A stretch of DNA of 64,000 nt from Malacoraja senta (Eukaryota). The notes beneath the pieces were generated by a model, which saw only the letters and a program-made list of their open reading frames with translations, made no database searches and had not been told where the DNA came from. Of the stretch, positions 12,578-24,478 are shown piece by piece; within the stretch, counting starts at the first letter, position 1; each line of letters opens with the position of its first letter. The translations under genes and the position numbers were made by a program. The stretch covers positions 24,120,001-24,184,000 of the forward strand of contig CM075987.1 of NCBI GenBank assembly GCA_038087875.1, written 5' to 3'.

Positions 12578-13002
12578 TTAGTTTAATTTAGAGATGCAGC
12601 GTGGAAACAGGCCCTTCGGCCCACCGAGTCCCTGCCGACCAGTGATCCCCGCACATTAAAACTATCCTACACACTAGGGACAATTTACATTTATACCAAG
12701 CCGATTAGCCTACAAACATGTACGTCTTTGGAGTGTGGGGGGAAACCAAAGATCCCAGAGTAAACCCAATGTTTTAGAAAGAGTCTGATGAAGGGTCTCG
12801 ACTCAAAACGTCACCTATTCCTTCGCTCCATAGATGCTGCCTCACCTGCTGAGTTTCTCCAGCTTTTTTGTCTACCCCAGAGAAAACCCACGCAGGTCGG
12901 GGGAGAACGTACAAACTCCGTACAGACACCACCCATAGTCAGGATCAGACCCGGGTCTCTGGCGGTGTAAAGCAGCAACTCTACCGCTGCGCCACCGTGC
13001 CG
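12578..13002 (-). mobile_element. V-SINE interrupted by a Penelope piece (~12770-12876)
   Basis: Duplicated CCAGAG(T/A)AAACCCA around insert carrying CTGATGAAGGGTCTCGAC. Confidence 0.8.
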
Positions 13003-13190
13003 CACTTTCAAAGTTTAACCACAACTAACCATAGACGATTCAGATTTTCATTCCTGTTAAAAACTTCCCGAGAATTCATTCATGGCTGGCATTAGCTGCT
13101 CTGACTTTTGTGTTCAGTGGAAATGAGATCAGTTGGTTGACTGTGAAAAGAGGTAAGTAGAACATCTTTTATCTTAAGTGCAATGATAAA

Positions 13191-13745
13191 GGGCGGCACA
13201 GTGGCGCAGCTAGTAGAGCTGCTGCCTCGCAGCGTGAGAGACCTGGGTTCGATCCTGCCCTCAGGTGCTGTCTATGTGGAGTTTGCATGTTCTCCCAACG
13301 ACTGCGTGGGTTTTCTCCAGGTGTCACTGTTTCGATACGATACGATGGAACTTTATTTATCCCAGGAGGGAAATTGATCTGCCAACAGTCATAAGATTCA
13401 TGAAACATGAAATTTCCCATCACATTCCAAAGCCATGCTGGTTTGTGGGTCAACTAGCCTCTGTAAATTGTGTGGAGTAGTGTGTAGGATGGAACTAGTG
13501 TACAGGTAGACAAAAATGCTGGAGAAACTCAGCGGGTGCAACAGCATCTATGGAGCGAAGGAGATAGGCAACGTTTCGGCCCGAAACCCTTCTTCAGACA
13601 GTGTATAGGTACAGATGTTCGCCCCCTGGTGTACAGGGAGTGAATGCAAAAGTGAATGATGGATCTAACGACAATGGTGAATCGACAGTCAGCATGGGCT
13701 CGATGGGCCAAAGAGCCTCTGTATCTCTAATCTCTGAACTGAACT
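13191..13745 (+). mobile_element. V-SINE interrupted by LINE tail and Penelope fragments
   Basis: SINE head at 13191, tail at ~13690-13745. Confidence 0.7.
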
Positions 13746-14241
13746 AAAATTTGTCGTCATTCACGTTATTATCACCTTGGCCAAGATTTGTCATCCATCC
13801 CTACTTGCTCCTGAACAAAATGGTTTACTGGAGCTTTCAAAGAGGGGGGTTAATTCTGAAGGGAAGCGGGGGCAATTTCCTTTCCTGGTGGATATCAAAG
13901 AACCAGCTAGCATTTTATAGCAATTTGATAGTTTAATGGTCACCATTACCAATAATGTCTTCTCAACCCATCATTATTTAATTACACAAATGACCCAGCT
14001 GTCCTCGTGGGATTTAAACGTGTCTCTGATTGATAGTTGCAGGAGTCTGCAGGCTAATCTAGTAAATTCACCATTGTGGTAGCCTACCGCTGTTTATTTG
14101 TCCTTTCATCACTCATAATCTGCTGTGCCGTTAACATTTCCTGTTTCCCGGCAATTGGCCTGTCTTATGCTACAAGTTTTGTGCTCTGTGAAGAGTTCTC
14201 TGGTTTTCCAGCCACCTTACATCATTCAGCTGCTGACCAGA

Positions 14242-14663
14242 TCTCCGTGGATTAGTCACCTTGACGTGGTGGAGATGCTTGCGTGGATCTGAGATCCTGA
14301 GAGCGATGCCGTCTGGAGCTATGCTCCTGGTAGGGCCACCCATGGCGGTAAGGTCGAGGGGGAGGTCTCTGACAAAGAGCAATCCAACCAAGACCTCAAC
14401 GGTGGAACAAGCGGAGGACAATGGCTGACCTTAGTGGAGCGTCACAACTGCTGGGAAGGCGGATGAAGGCTGCAGCAGAAAAGGGTCTTCGGTCGTCTTG
14501 GACTCCATGCCACTGGATCGTGACCCAGATCTGTCAAGGGCCGCGGGGTGGCTGTCTGCGCACCAGTCTCCCCACGTTAAACAAAGTCACGCACAGGCGT
14601 CCTCCATATAGGGAATAGCACCCTGGAGACACACATGGTCAGCCATGACCAAAGGGGGCTTAA
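14242..14663 (+). mobile_element. Non-autonomous RTE-derived element, copy 1
   Basis: RTE/BovB/Expander-like 5' motifs (CACCTTGACGTGGTGGAG, GTAGGGCCACCCA, CTGACAAA); possible TSD GACCAGA; near-identical to 55363-55728. Confidence 0.7.
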
Positions 14664-15266
14664 GACCAGAATTGAAGAGCATCCACTGCTTGCTGATATG
14701 ATACACCTGAAACTGGACCATCACAGCTGTCCATCTGGCCTCACTTGGTGAATGTTCCCATTGGTTTAAGGCCGATCTACTCAACTCAGACTGAAAGTTA
14801 TCAAAGACCGACACAAAATGCGGGAGTAACTCAGCGGGTCAGGCAGCATCTCAGGAGAAAAGGAACATCACCTATTCCTTCTCTCCAGAGATGTTGGCTG
14901 ACTTGCTCAGTTACTCCAGCATTTTGTGTCTAAACCATCAGCTGTAGTTCCTTCCAATGCAAGTAATGAAGGACCCTTGGTTGTAGAAACAAGGAACTGC
15001 AGATGCTGGTTAGGGCACAAAAAGAAACAAAGTGCTGGAGTAATTCAGCAGGTCAGGCAGCATCTCTAGAGAACCTAGATAAATTACATTTTGGGCCGAG
15101 ATCCTTCTTCAGAGTCTAAATGTTCTCCGTGTTCTCCCGAGATGATACCCGGCATGTTGCGATACTCCAGCACTTCATGCCCATGTGCGTAAGGACCCTT
15201 GTTTCCTTGTCAAGGTCATTCCCTGTCAAGGTTCCTTGTCAAGGTTTCCCTGTAAGGCAGCAACTC

Positions 15267-15585
15267 TCGCAGCGGTAGAGTTGCTGCCTTACAGCGCTTG
15301 CAGCGCCGGAGACCGGGGTTCGATCCCGACTACGGGCGCTGTCTGTACGGAGTTTGTACGTTCTCCCCATGACCGCGTGGGTTCTCTCCGAGATCTTCAG
15401 TTTCCTCCCACACTCGAAAGACGTACAGGTTTGTAGGTTAATTGGCTTGGTGTATGTGTGACAATTGTCCCCAGTGTGTGTAGGATAGTGTCAATGAGCG
15501 GGGTGATCGCTGGTCGGTACGGACTCGGTGGGCTGAAGGGCCTATTTCCGAGCTGTATCTCTAAACTAAAAACTAAAAACTAAAG
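15267..15585 (+). mobile_element. V-SINE
   Basis: B box, V-domain, tail, (AAACT)n. Confidence 0.85.
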
Positions 15586-15747
15586 TAAACTTCTTGCTCA
15601 TGGTTCTGCTCCTCGCCGACACACAATACTAGGACATTGTTTTGCATGTACACAACATCGGTTAAACCACATTTGGAATATCGTGCATAATTCTGGTCAC
15701 CATACAACAAAAAGGGTGTGCTAGTACAGAAGATATATACTAGGATG

Positions 15748-15989
15748 CTTGAACATTGAATTCTCCCAATTCTGCTAGCCCTTGCTGTCCCCTCCCCTTC
15801 ATCAGCCCTCTGGTTGTCTCCTCCCCTCCCCCAGCCCTCAGGCTCCTCCTCAGCCTTTTTCCTTTTTTCCTTTCTTCTCCCCACCCCCTATCAGTCTGAA
15901 GAAGGGTTTCGGCCCGAAACGTTGCCTATTTCCTTCGCTCCATAGATGCTGCTGCATCCGCTGAGTTTCTCCAGCATTTTTGTGTACCT
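15748..15989 (+). mobile_element. Penelope-like element 3' end
   Basis: LNIEFSQFC-stop (GIY-YIG C-terminus type), pyrimidine tract, hammerhead motif at 15896-15923; 12-bp TSD TATACTAGGATG. Confidence 0.75.
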
Positions 15990-16034
15990 TATACTAGGAT
16001 GTTGTCTGGAATGGAGGGTTTAACACTTTAGACT

Positions 16035-16343
16035 CAACAGACTTTGGAGATACAGCATGGAAACAGACCCTTTGGCCCATGGTCGCGCCGACCAGTGATC
16101 CAGTCTGCGACCAGTGCACTAACACCATCCTACACACTAGGGACAATTTACAATTTTACTGAAGCCAATTAACCTGCAAACCTGTACGTCTTTGGAATGT
16201 GGGAGGAAACCAGAGCACCTGGAGGAAACCCAAGTGGTCACAGGGAGAACGCACAAACTCCATATAGACAGCACCCGTGGTCGGTATGGAGCCTGGATCT
16301 CTGGCGCTTTATGGCAGCAACTCTACCGCTGCACCACCGTGCG
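16035..16343 (-). mobile_element. V-SINE
   Basis: Reverse SINE consensus. Confidence 0.85.
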
Positions 16344-16392
16344 GTTTGAACTCTTAGTTACAAGGAGAGGTTGAAGAGCTTCAGATTGTTCT

Positions 16393-16686
16393 TTTTTTGT
16401 TTTGTTTATTTTATTAGAAGTTAATACAATACAAAACAATACAGTGGCACCTAATTTTAGGTGCCAACTATGTCATAACGTAATGCATTCTATGTACAAC
16501 CTCTAGTTTTATGTTTTTGAAAAGGAGGTAAAAAATAATTTAAAAAAAAGAAAGAAAGAAAAATAGAGAAAAGAAAGAGGAAAAATAAATAGTAGAAAAT
16601 AGGAAAACGTGAAGTGTGTATATAAGAAAAGAAAAAATAGAAAGTAGAAATAGTAGAAAAAGACCCTTAAAAAAGAAATTTTCAAA
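16393..16686 (-). mobile_element. L1/Tx1-like 3' UTR insertion
   Basis: 14-bp TSD CTTCAGATTGTTCT (16379-16392, 16687-16700); minus-strand AATAAA and A-rich tail; class is inferred. Confidence 0.6.
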
Positions 16687-17054
16687 CTTCAGATTGTTCT
16701 AACCAGACCACAGGAGGTTGAGAGGGGGACTTTAGGGAGGTTTATAATGTTATAAAGGAAGAAAGGGGGAAACAGTTGCAGTCTTTATCAAAGGAAGGTT
16801 GATGGCATCCGTTTATGACGAGAGGGGAAATGTTTGAAGGAGATCCGTGAACTAAGTTTCCCACAGAGATGGTGGTGCTTATATGGAACAAGTTGCCACA
16901 GGAGGTGGTAGAGACCAGTACAATCACAGCATTTAAAAAATGTTTGGGAAGGTGAACGGATAGGAAATGAATGGAGGGATGTGGGAAAAATGCATGAAAA
17001 TGGGATGAGAGTAAATAGGCATGTGAGAAGTCAGACAGATTGGTTAGAGTGGAA

Positions 17055-17337
17055 GTGCAGTGGTAGAGTTGCTGCCTTACAGCTCCAGAGACTTGGGTTT
17101 GATCCTGACCTCGGGTACTGTCTGTGTAGAGTTTGCACGTTCTCCCCGTGACCGCGTGGGTTTTCTCCGGGTGCTCAGGTTTCGTCCCACACTCCAAAGA
17201 CTTGCAGGTTAATTGGATTCGGTGAATTGTAAATTGTCCCCAGTGTGTGTGTGGGATAGTGCTGGTGTATGGGGTGATCGCTGGTCAGCGTGGACTCTGT
17301 GGGATGAAGGGCATGCATCTGCGCTGTATCTCTGAAA
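17055..17337 (+). mobile_element. V-SINE
   Basis: SINE consensus. Confidence 0.8.
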
Positions 17338-18094
17338 CTCCTCCATTTTTGTTTACCTGCCCCAAGTTGCCCAGGTTACAGATGCAGAGGGGGAAGTCAC
17401 GGAGATGAACGACACATCTGTTTCCAACCGAGATGCATTTGCCTGATGACAGAATTAAAAATATCCCTGACACACACACGCACGCTGACTTTATTTCATC
17501 AATGACTAAACTGTGAGAAGCCTGAGAATCGTGATTGCCAAGGGTGTTAATTTGACACAGCTAATTGTTGTCTCCTTCCAGCAACTCACGTTCAGAGCTG
17601 GAGTCTATGGGGGTCTATGGAAATTAACTAAAAACTGAACTAAAGTGATCAGAACTAAACTAAATGTTTAACAAGGAACTGCAGATGCTGGAAAAATCGA
17701 AGGTAGACAAAAATGCTGGAGAAACTCAGCGGGTGAGGCAGCATCTATGGAGCGAAGGAAATAGGTGACGTTTCCGGTCGACTGAGTTTCTCCAGAACTA
17801 AACTAAACATGATGGACAAAATGCAGGCGTTTATGTAATCAAAAGGGTTTTCTCATTGTCTCCGAGACTGAGCAGGACACTTGAGAAAGCTCTGCTGGAA
17901 ATGCTCAGTAGGTTGTAGAATGTGCGGCTGAGATGGAACAATGCACGTTCATGCACACAAAGTGTTTATTTGGGATTCAGAATTAACAAGAACGGGCCGA
18001 GAAGGTTTTGGGAGATGGACATGAGCGAGCGAGCGAGACAAGACTCAAGAGTGTTTTGTTGTCATAAGTCCCGGAAGGGACAATGAAATTCTAA

Positions 18095-18318
18095 AGGACC
18101 TGTCCCACTTGGGCGTCATTTGCGCGTCACGCAGATGGCGCGCAAAGATTTTGTACATCCCAAAATCCTGGGGCGCCGCACACGACTGCGCGTCACTGCC
18201 TACGTCACCACGCACCATGCGCGCGTAATGCGGACCATGCGCACATCACGACATGTGCGTTGTGCGTCGTGACGCGTAAATGATGTCGCGTAAATGACGC
18301 CCAAGTGGGACAGGCCCG
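18095..18318. mobile_element. Harbinger-type MITE (CpG-rich, distinct interior)
   Basis: TIR AGGACCTGTCCCACTTGGGCGTCATTT / AAATGACGCCCAAGTGGGACAGGCCC, preceded by TAA. Confidence 0.75.
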
Positions 18319-18678
18319 ACACTTGCTGCAGCACAACAGAATATGTGAATATGTAAACATAGTACATAACGGGAGAAGAGAAAAAAAAAGATACAGGTAA
18401 GCTCAGAACTACTATATTTGAAGATTTTCTGTCGTGCAGCTGGAAAAACGTGGCCACAGGCTGGCGCCATCTTGGATGTTTACCCAGCTTCGCTCTACCC
18501 CGGCATTGCTTCTGTGTGATTGAACAGTTTTACAGGATTTGGCCACCAGCTGATTTCCCCGCATGAGTTTAAGCATTGCGTGAGAAGTGATACTACTACT
18601 GCTCCAGAAATGCAGCACAAAACATTGTCGTGAATCCCTCTCCGTCCGCAGTCATTTACAGAAATCATTACAGCTGTT

Positions 18679-18706
18679 CTGAAGAAGGGTCTCGACCCGA
18701 AACGTC
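18679..18706 (+). ncRNA. Minimal type I hammerhead motif in Penelope pseudo-LTR
   Basis: CTGAAGA-A-GGGTC-TC-GACCC-GAAAC-GTC; identical motif at 56398-56425 and (minus) 9659-9686. Confidence 0.65.
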
Positions 18707-18899
18707 ACCCATTCCTTCTCCCCAGAGATGTTGCCTGTCCCGCTGAGTTACTCCAGCTGTTTGTGTCCATCTTCGGTGTAAAACAGCATCTGCAGGTTCT
18801 TCCTACACAGCGGGTCTCTGATGCCTCTGGATGTGAAGAGCATGTGTTCATCGCTCTTGTCAAGGTATCATAATGGACCATCGTGGATGGCTCACCGGT

Positions 18900-19262
18900 C
18901 ATAGAGTCATAGAGTGATACAGTGTGGAAACAGGCCCTTTTCCCAACTTGCCCTCACCGGCCAACATGTCCCAGCTACACTAGTCCCACCTGCCCGCACT
19001 TGGCCCATATCCCTCCAAACCTGTCCTATCCATGTACCTGTCTATCTGTTTCTTAAACGTTGGGATAGTCCCAGCCTCAACAACCTCCTCTGGCAGCTCG
19101 TTCCATACACACTCCATCCTTTGTGTGAAAAAGTTACCTCTCAGATTCCTATTAAATCTTTTCCCCTTCACCTTAAACCTATGTCCCCTGGTCCTCGATT
19201 CCCCCACCCTGGGCAAGAGACTCTGTGCATCTACCCGGTCTATTCCTCTCATGATTTTATAC
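18900..19262 (-). mobile_element. CR1/HER1 3' fragment
   Basis: ORF 18980..19252 MRGIDRVDAQSLLPRVGESRTRGHRFKVKGKRF..WNELP. Confidence 0.9.
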
Positions 19263-19590
19263 CTGGTCGGCAGGTCCCACCCAAAGGCTCATCGGCCGGT
19301 GGGGCCGGGAGAGAACCGGAGACGTCGGAGGCGAGGAGCACGGGCCGGTAGAGGTTGATCCGGGGTAATACCTCCAGCGCCTTCAAGGTCGGCTGCAGGA
19401 GGCGCCCCGGGACACAAAGATAGCCGGGCGAGGAGAGGAGAGGGACATCAGTTCGCGGGAACTGCTCCAGTACATCGAGCGCGCGGACTTTGGACAATGG
19501 CGACAAAACATGGCAGTGCCCACATCTGCAACATACGCAAAAGGAATTTCACTGAGTAGTTGCATATGTGACAGATAAAGCACCATTGAT
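19263..19590 (+). mobile_element. GC-rich non-coding retroposon with Rex1-like tail
   Basis: CpG-rich body, then GAATTTCACTG..ATGTGACAGATAAA tail shared with Rex1/Babar 3' UTRs in this window. Confidence 0.5.
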
Positions 19591-19783
19591 CACTGACCAT
19601 TGTATCAAGCACGAGATCACCATTTTCTACAGATGCATCCTATTGGGATGCTTCCTATATAGTACGTCACAGCTTGGTATGGCAACTGCTCTGCCCAAGA
19701 CCGCAAGAAAGTGCAGATACTAGTGGATGTAGCCCAATCCAGCAACTTAAGCAACCTCCCTCTCTTGGTTCAGTGACAATAAT

Positions 19784-20827
19784 TAGGTATGTTACAAAAC
19801 TTACCTTCAGTGGCGCTGCAGTTCTGTCACTGCCCGTGTGCGCGACTTTGCCGCCTTTGAGAGGGGGGCGGGTTTAAAATGCAATATTTCGGCAGCCTGT
19901 TCGAAACGATCTTGAACAGGCTAAATAGTTGATGAAGAAAAATCGCTTTGACTGACGTTTTATTAAGTTTATTAAAATTAGCGCTTTATAATTTAATTGT
20001 TGGAGTAAAATTAAAATCATCTTCAAATGCTGTCAACGCCGACAACGGGACGGATTTCACGCACGGGACAAGGCAAGGTACACCGTTTATTTTTTCATAT
20101 AAACTTGCTTCTTAGGATGCCTTTAATAAAAATTTCAAGTTGCGAAAATGTGATTATTTAAATATACCAACCGGCAGTATTTTTCCTGCCGATATTGGGG
20201 TTTCATTCACTGCAACCGCAACGTTCCAAACCAGCGCGTTCCACAAATTCCCACTCGCAAGATGATTTAAATGGCCATTAATTTACAGGAATTAAACACT
20301 AAATTCCTTCCATTTGGCCTATAAATTAATGACAATGAGATTTAAAAATAATGTTATATTGTGAATTATTGTGTGAATGTTATTTGGACACTTAGGCTTT
20401 TTAAAAATGTTAACTTTTTCTTAAGAAATGGATAGATATTTAGATCTAGTAATTGAATTTTGTAATTAGCTACAATTGGGTTACTAACTAATTATATGCT
20501 TTAATTTCAGGTCATCCAAGTAAGATTGTTTCATATTTGTTTCAGAATGCTTCAATCTATAATAACTGAAAATTTCATTAAGTTCTCTTAATTTTTAAGA
20601 AAGTTATGGGCTTTTGACTGTCCTTGATCACAGCTTTTGTGTTAAGTCAATGGAAAAGCAATAGGGAACAAGATGCTAATTTCCGAGTATGAAAATGGCC
20701 ATAACTTTTATAATACTGAAGATATGAAAGTGAATTAGGTGTCAAATTAAACTTCTTTTTATGCTTTATCTGATGGCATAAATTGCAGACTTGATTTTTT
20801 TAATCTCAAAATTCTGTAACATTGCTA
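19784..20827. mobile_element. Putative non-autonomous DNA transposon (~1.04 kb)
   Basis: Imperfect TIR TAGGTATGTTACAAAA / TTCTGTAACATTGCTA; direct repeat CAATAAT on both sides. Confidence 0.6.
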
Positions 20828-21076
20828 CAATAATAACCCACACAACTACTAATTGGGCTAATCTCGTCCCCGCACCTCCAGAGGGTAAAATTATACGCAG
20901 ATTGAAAAGAAGGCTCTGACCATCATTCTTGGGGTGACTGAATTTCAGAAGCTTCCGGTATCTTCTTCCTGGTCACAGACTACAGTCACTACCTCAGATC
21001 ATTAATCAGCAGAACAGGGGCTCTCTCAGTGGAACAGTGACTGTGGCAATCTGGTGGATATGTGGGTGAGCACAAG

Positions 21077-21410
21077 GGCGGCCACGGCGGCGCAGCGGTA
21101 GAGAGTTGCTGCCTTACAGAGCTTGCAGCGCCGGAGACCCAGGTTCGATCCCGACTACGGGTGCTATCTGTGCGGAGTTTGTACTTTCTCCCCGTGACCG
21201 TGTGGGTTTTCGCCGAGATCTTCGGTTTCCTCCGACACTCCAAAGACGTGCAGGTTTGTAGGTTAATTGGCTTGGTATAGGAGTGTAAATTTGAAATTGT
21301 CCCTAGTGTGAGTGCAGGGTGGTGTTAATGTGCAGGGATCGCTGGTCGGAGTGGACTCGGTGGGCCGAAGGGCCTGATAGCGCGCTGTACATGTATCTCT
21401 AATCTAAAAA
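21077..21410 (+). mobile_element. V-SINE full length
   Basis: SINE consensus. Confidence 0.9.
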
Positions 21411-21682
21411 TAGAAGTGTGACAAGTCTCAATTATTTAATCCATGCGTGGAATGTGTGGAGATATTCATGAGCAAAGAGTATCGCAGCTGTCCTAGGTCA
21501 GTGCACAAAAGAAACAGATGAAATAGCAACACCTTAGAGGCACTTAAACAGGGAGGGGGGGGGGGTAGAAGGTGTTGCAGAAAGGGTCCTGAAATGTCAC
21601 CCATTCATTCTCTCCAGAGATGCTGCCTGTCCCGCTCAGTTACTCCAACATTTTGCTTCTATCTTCGAGGGAATAAAGGGGA

Positions 21683-22118
21683 TGTGTGGGAAGGAATTTC
21701 AGATGCTGATTTATACCAAAGACAGACACAAAATTCTTTAGTAACTCAGCGGATCTGGCAGCATCTCTGGAGTAAAGGAATAGGTGACGTTTCTGGTCGG
21801 GACCCTTCTTCAGAATGAAAGTAGAGGGGGTGGGAGGACTGGAGGTAAGAAAAGGCCAGAATGAAACAGGGCCGGCAACAGATAGCCAAGGATGGGTGGA
21901 GCCCATAATGGTCCATTGTTGGCTGGGGAAGCGGTGATAATGAAGGGATATGGGATGCGAACAGTGGAATTGGTTGGACAACTATGGTGGGGGAAAGAGG
22001 GAATGCAGGGGTTGACTTGAAATTAAATAAATCAATATTCATACTGCTGGGTTGTAAGCTGCACAAGCGGAATATGATGTTCTGTTCCTCCAATTTGAGT
22101 GTGGACTCACTCTGACTC
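21683..22118 (-). mobile_element. Penelope-like element 3' end (GIY-YIG C-terminus plus pseudo-LTR)
   Basis: ORF 21746..22120 KLEEQNIIFRLCSLQPSSMNIDLFNFK is a typical PLE endonuclease C-terminus; hammerhead motif at 21786-21813; inverted arm at ~21580-21666. Confidence 0.8.
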
Positions 22119-22412
22119 ACTATTGTCCTTAGTGCGTGGGATAGAATTAGTGCACGAGTGATCGTTGGTCAGCATGGACTCGGTGGGCCGAAGGGCCTGC
22201 TTCCACGCTGTATTTCTAAAACCAGAAACTAAAACTAAACCGGACATAGAATGCAATGTGAAATCTCAAGTGCAACATTTACTACATGTGACTGAGGTTC
22301 CCAAGTTCATATCTGATGACAATGCCTTGAAGTGTTGTTCCTATTGAAAATAACAGAAGCTGTTCATCATATTCGATTATTGATACTTTGTTAGTGAAAA
22401 TTCAGACACTAA

Positions 22413-22719
22413 AGGCGCTGTCCCACTGTACGAGGTAATTCAAAAGTTCTCCCGAGTTTCCCCTGATTCGAACTCGGAGAATTACGGTAATAGCCGTTCG
22501 TAGGTACTCGGGGCTCTCGTGGACATTTTTCAACATGTTGAAAAAACTTCACGAGCTTACCACGTTTCCGTGTAGCTGACGTTAGCGTTACGAGCCGCTA
22601 AGAGACGTCCCGACCTCCGACGTACCCGCTACGTACATTCTACATACTTACCATGAGTTTGATTTTTTTTTTTAACTCGGGAGAGCTCTTGGGTAAACTC
22701 GTATAGTGGGACGGGCCCT
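22413..22719 (+). mobile_element. Harbinger-type MITE
   Basis: TIR AGGCGCTGTCCCACTGTACGAG / CTCGTATAGTGGGACGGGCCCT; flanks TAA / TAG. Confidence 0.8.
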
Positions 22720-22989
22720 TAGTCCACAAAATAAATGTTGACTTGACATGGAAATGACCTTACCATATTCTGAGAAAATTTGGTAAAGTCAAGCTTTTTT
22801 TTGACAGTACATGGGGTACATTGTACCAATACCTCTAAATAGTAAAACATCTTTTTTTTTCTGGCCACTCGATGCATATCTTTATTGAACTTGTGTACTG
22901 ACATGTTTTTGTCTATAAATTAAACACTGGTAATAAAATAATTAATCTGCTCAATCTGAACTAAAATTGAGTGATCAAGAAACGCAGGT

Positions 22990-23627
22990 TTGGTTTATAG
23001 TTTTAGTTTAGTTTGGAGATACAGCGCGGAAACAGGCCCTACGGCCCACCTAGTCCGCGCCGACCAGCGATCCCCTCAAACTAAAATGGCTGTCCCACTG
23101 TACGAGTTCATTCAAGAGTTCTCCCGAGTTTCCCCTGATTCGAACTCGGAGAATTACGGTAATAGCCGCTCGTGGGTACTCGGGGCTCTCGTGGACATTT
23201 TTCAACATGTTGAAAAATCTTCACGAGTTTTCACGAGCTTACCGCGTTTCCCGAGTACCTGCCGTTAGCGTTACGAGCTGCTAAGAGACGTCCCGAGCTC
23301 CGACGTACCCGCTATGTACATTCTACGTGCTTACCACGAGTTTGATTTTTTTTTAAACTCGGGAGAGCTCTTGTATTACCTCGTACAGTGGGACAGGCCC
23401 TTAACACTATCCTACACACACTAGGGACAATTTACAATTTTTCCAAGCCAATTAACCTACAAACATGTACATCTTTGGAGTGTGGGAGGAAACTGAAGCA
23501 CCCAGAGAAAACCCACAGGGTCACAGGGAGAACGCACAAACTCCGTACAGACAGCACCGGTAGTCAGGGTCGAACCTGCATCTCTGGCACTGTAAGGCAG
23601 CAACTCTACCGCTGCACCACCGTGCCG
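22990..23627 (-). mobile_element. V-SINE interrupted by MITE
   Basis: SINE tail 22990-23084, body 23402-23627. Confidence 0.85.
23085..23401 (+). mobile_element. Harbinger-type MITE
   Basis: TIR ..CTGTCCCACTGTACGAG / CTCGTACAGTGGGACAGGCCCT; exact TAA TSD restores the SINE's TAACACTATCC. Confidence 0.85.
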
Positions 23628-24177
23628 CAAGGTGTTTATCTTTCAACAGAAATGCTTTAAAACTGGATCGAATTATTGTTATTCCAATTTCCTATTGTGA
23701 AAGTATTGCCATTCAAAATAGCAACCTTCAAGTACAGCTGTAACATGTTTAGTGTTATTATACTAATTAAAGTTGATTGACCTAAAACTATAACATCTTT
23801 TCCACCTTCACCTGCTAAGTATTTCTAACGTTGGATATATTTCACTTTCATTGAGTGCACCACGAACAAGGAACGTTATTTTTATCTTTGATCTATGTTC
23901 ATCCATAGATGTCAAGAGCATGAAACGTCTACATAACGTTTTGCCAATTGTGCCTCTGGCCTGAAGTCCTTCTAATAAAACATTGTGGATGAAGGAAGGA
24001 GAATTTCAGGCAAAGTCTAAAGAAACTAAAGTTCAAATACCAAATGTTGATAAGTGCTCACAGCAACTTTACAAATCGGGCGATGCAAACCCATAACTTC
24101 TTCTATAACGTGAGTATTTATGACTTGGTGAAAATTCAAGGTGTGTTTAGCAATCCATATCTTAGTTCTGAAGAAGG

Positions 24178-24478
24178 GCAGCAGCATGGTGGTGCAGCGG
24201 TAGAGTTGCTGCATTAGGAGCGCTTGCTGCGCCGGAGACCCAGGTTCAATCCCCACTATGGGTGCTGTCTGTACGGAGTTTGTTCGTTCTCCCCGTGACT
24301 GCGTGGGTTTTCTCCGAGATCTTCGGATTCCTCCCACACTCCAAAGACGTACAGGTTTGTAGGTTAATTGGCTTGGTATAAGTATAAATTGTCACTAGTG
24401 TGTGTAAGAAAGTGTTAATGTGCCGGTCAGCGCGGACTCGGTGGGCTGAAGGGTCTGTTTCCAAGCTGAATCACTAAA
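24178..24478 (+). mobile_element. V-SINE
   Basis: SINE consensus. Confidence 0.85.

Larger units (their letters stand above)
15650..17030 (+). mobile_element. Old CR1 fragment split by Penelope, V-SINE and L1-like insertions
   Basis: PHLEY..FWSP remnant at start, CR1 C-terminal remnants resume at 16002, 16345 and 16701. Confidence 0.65.

Noticed and set aside
20949..21066. AG..GTGAG-bounded open segment
   Set aside because: Weak polypyrimidine tract, unrecognised peptide
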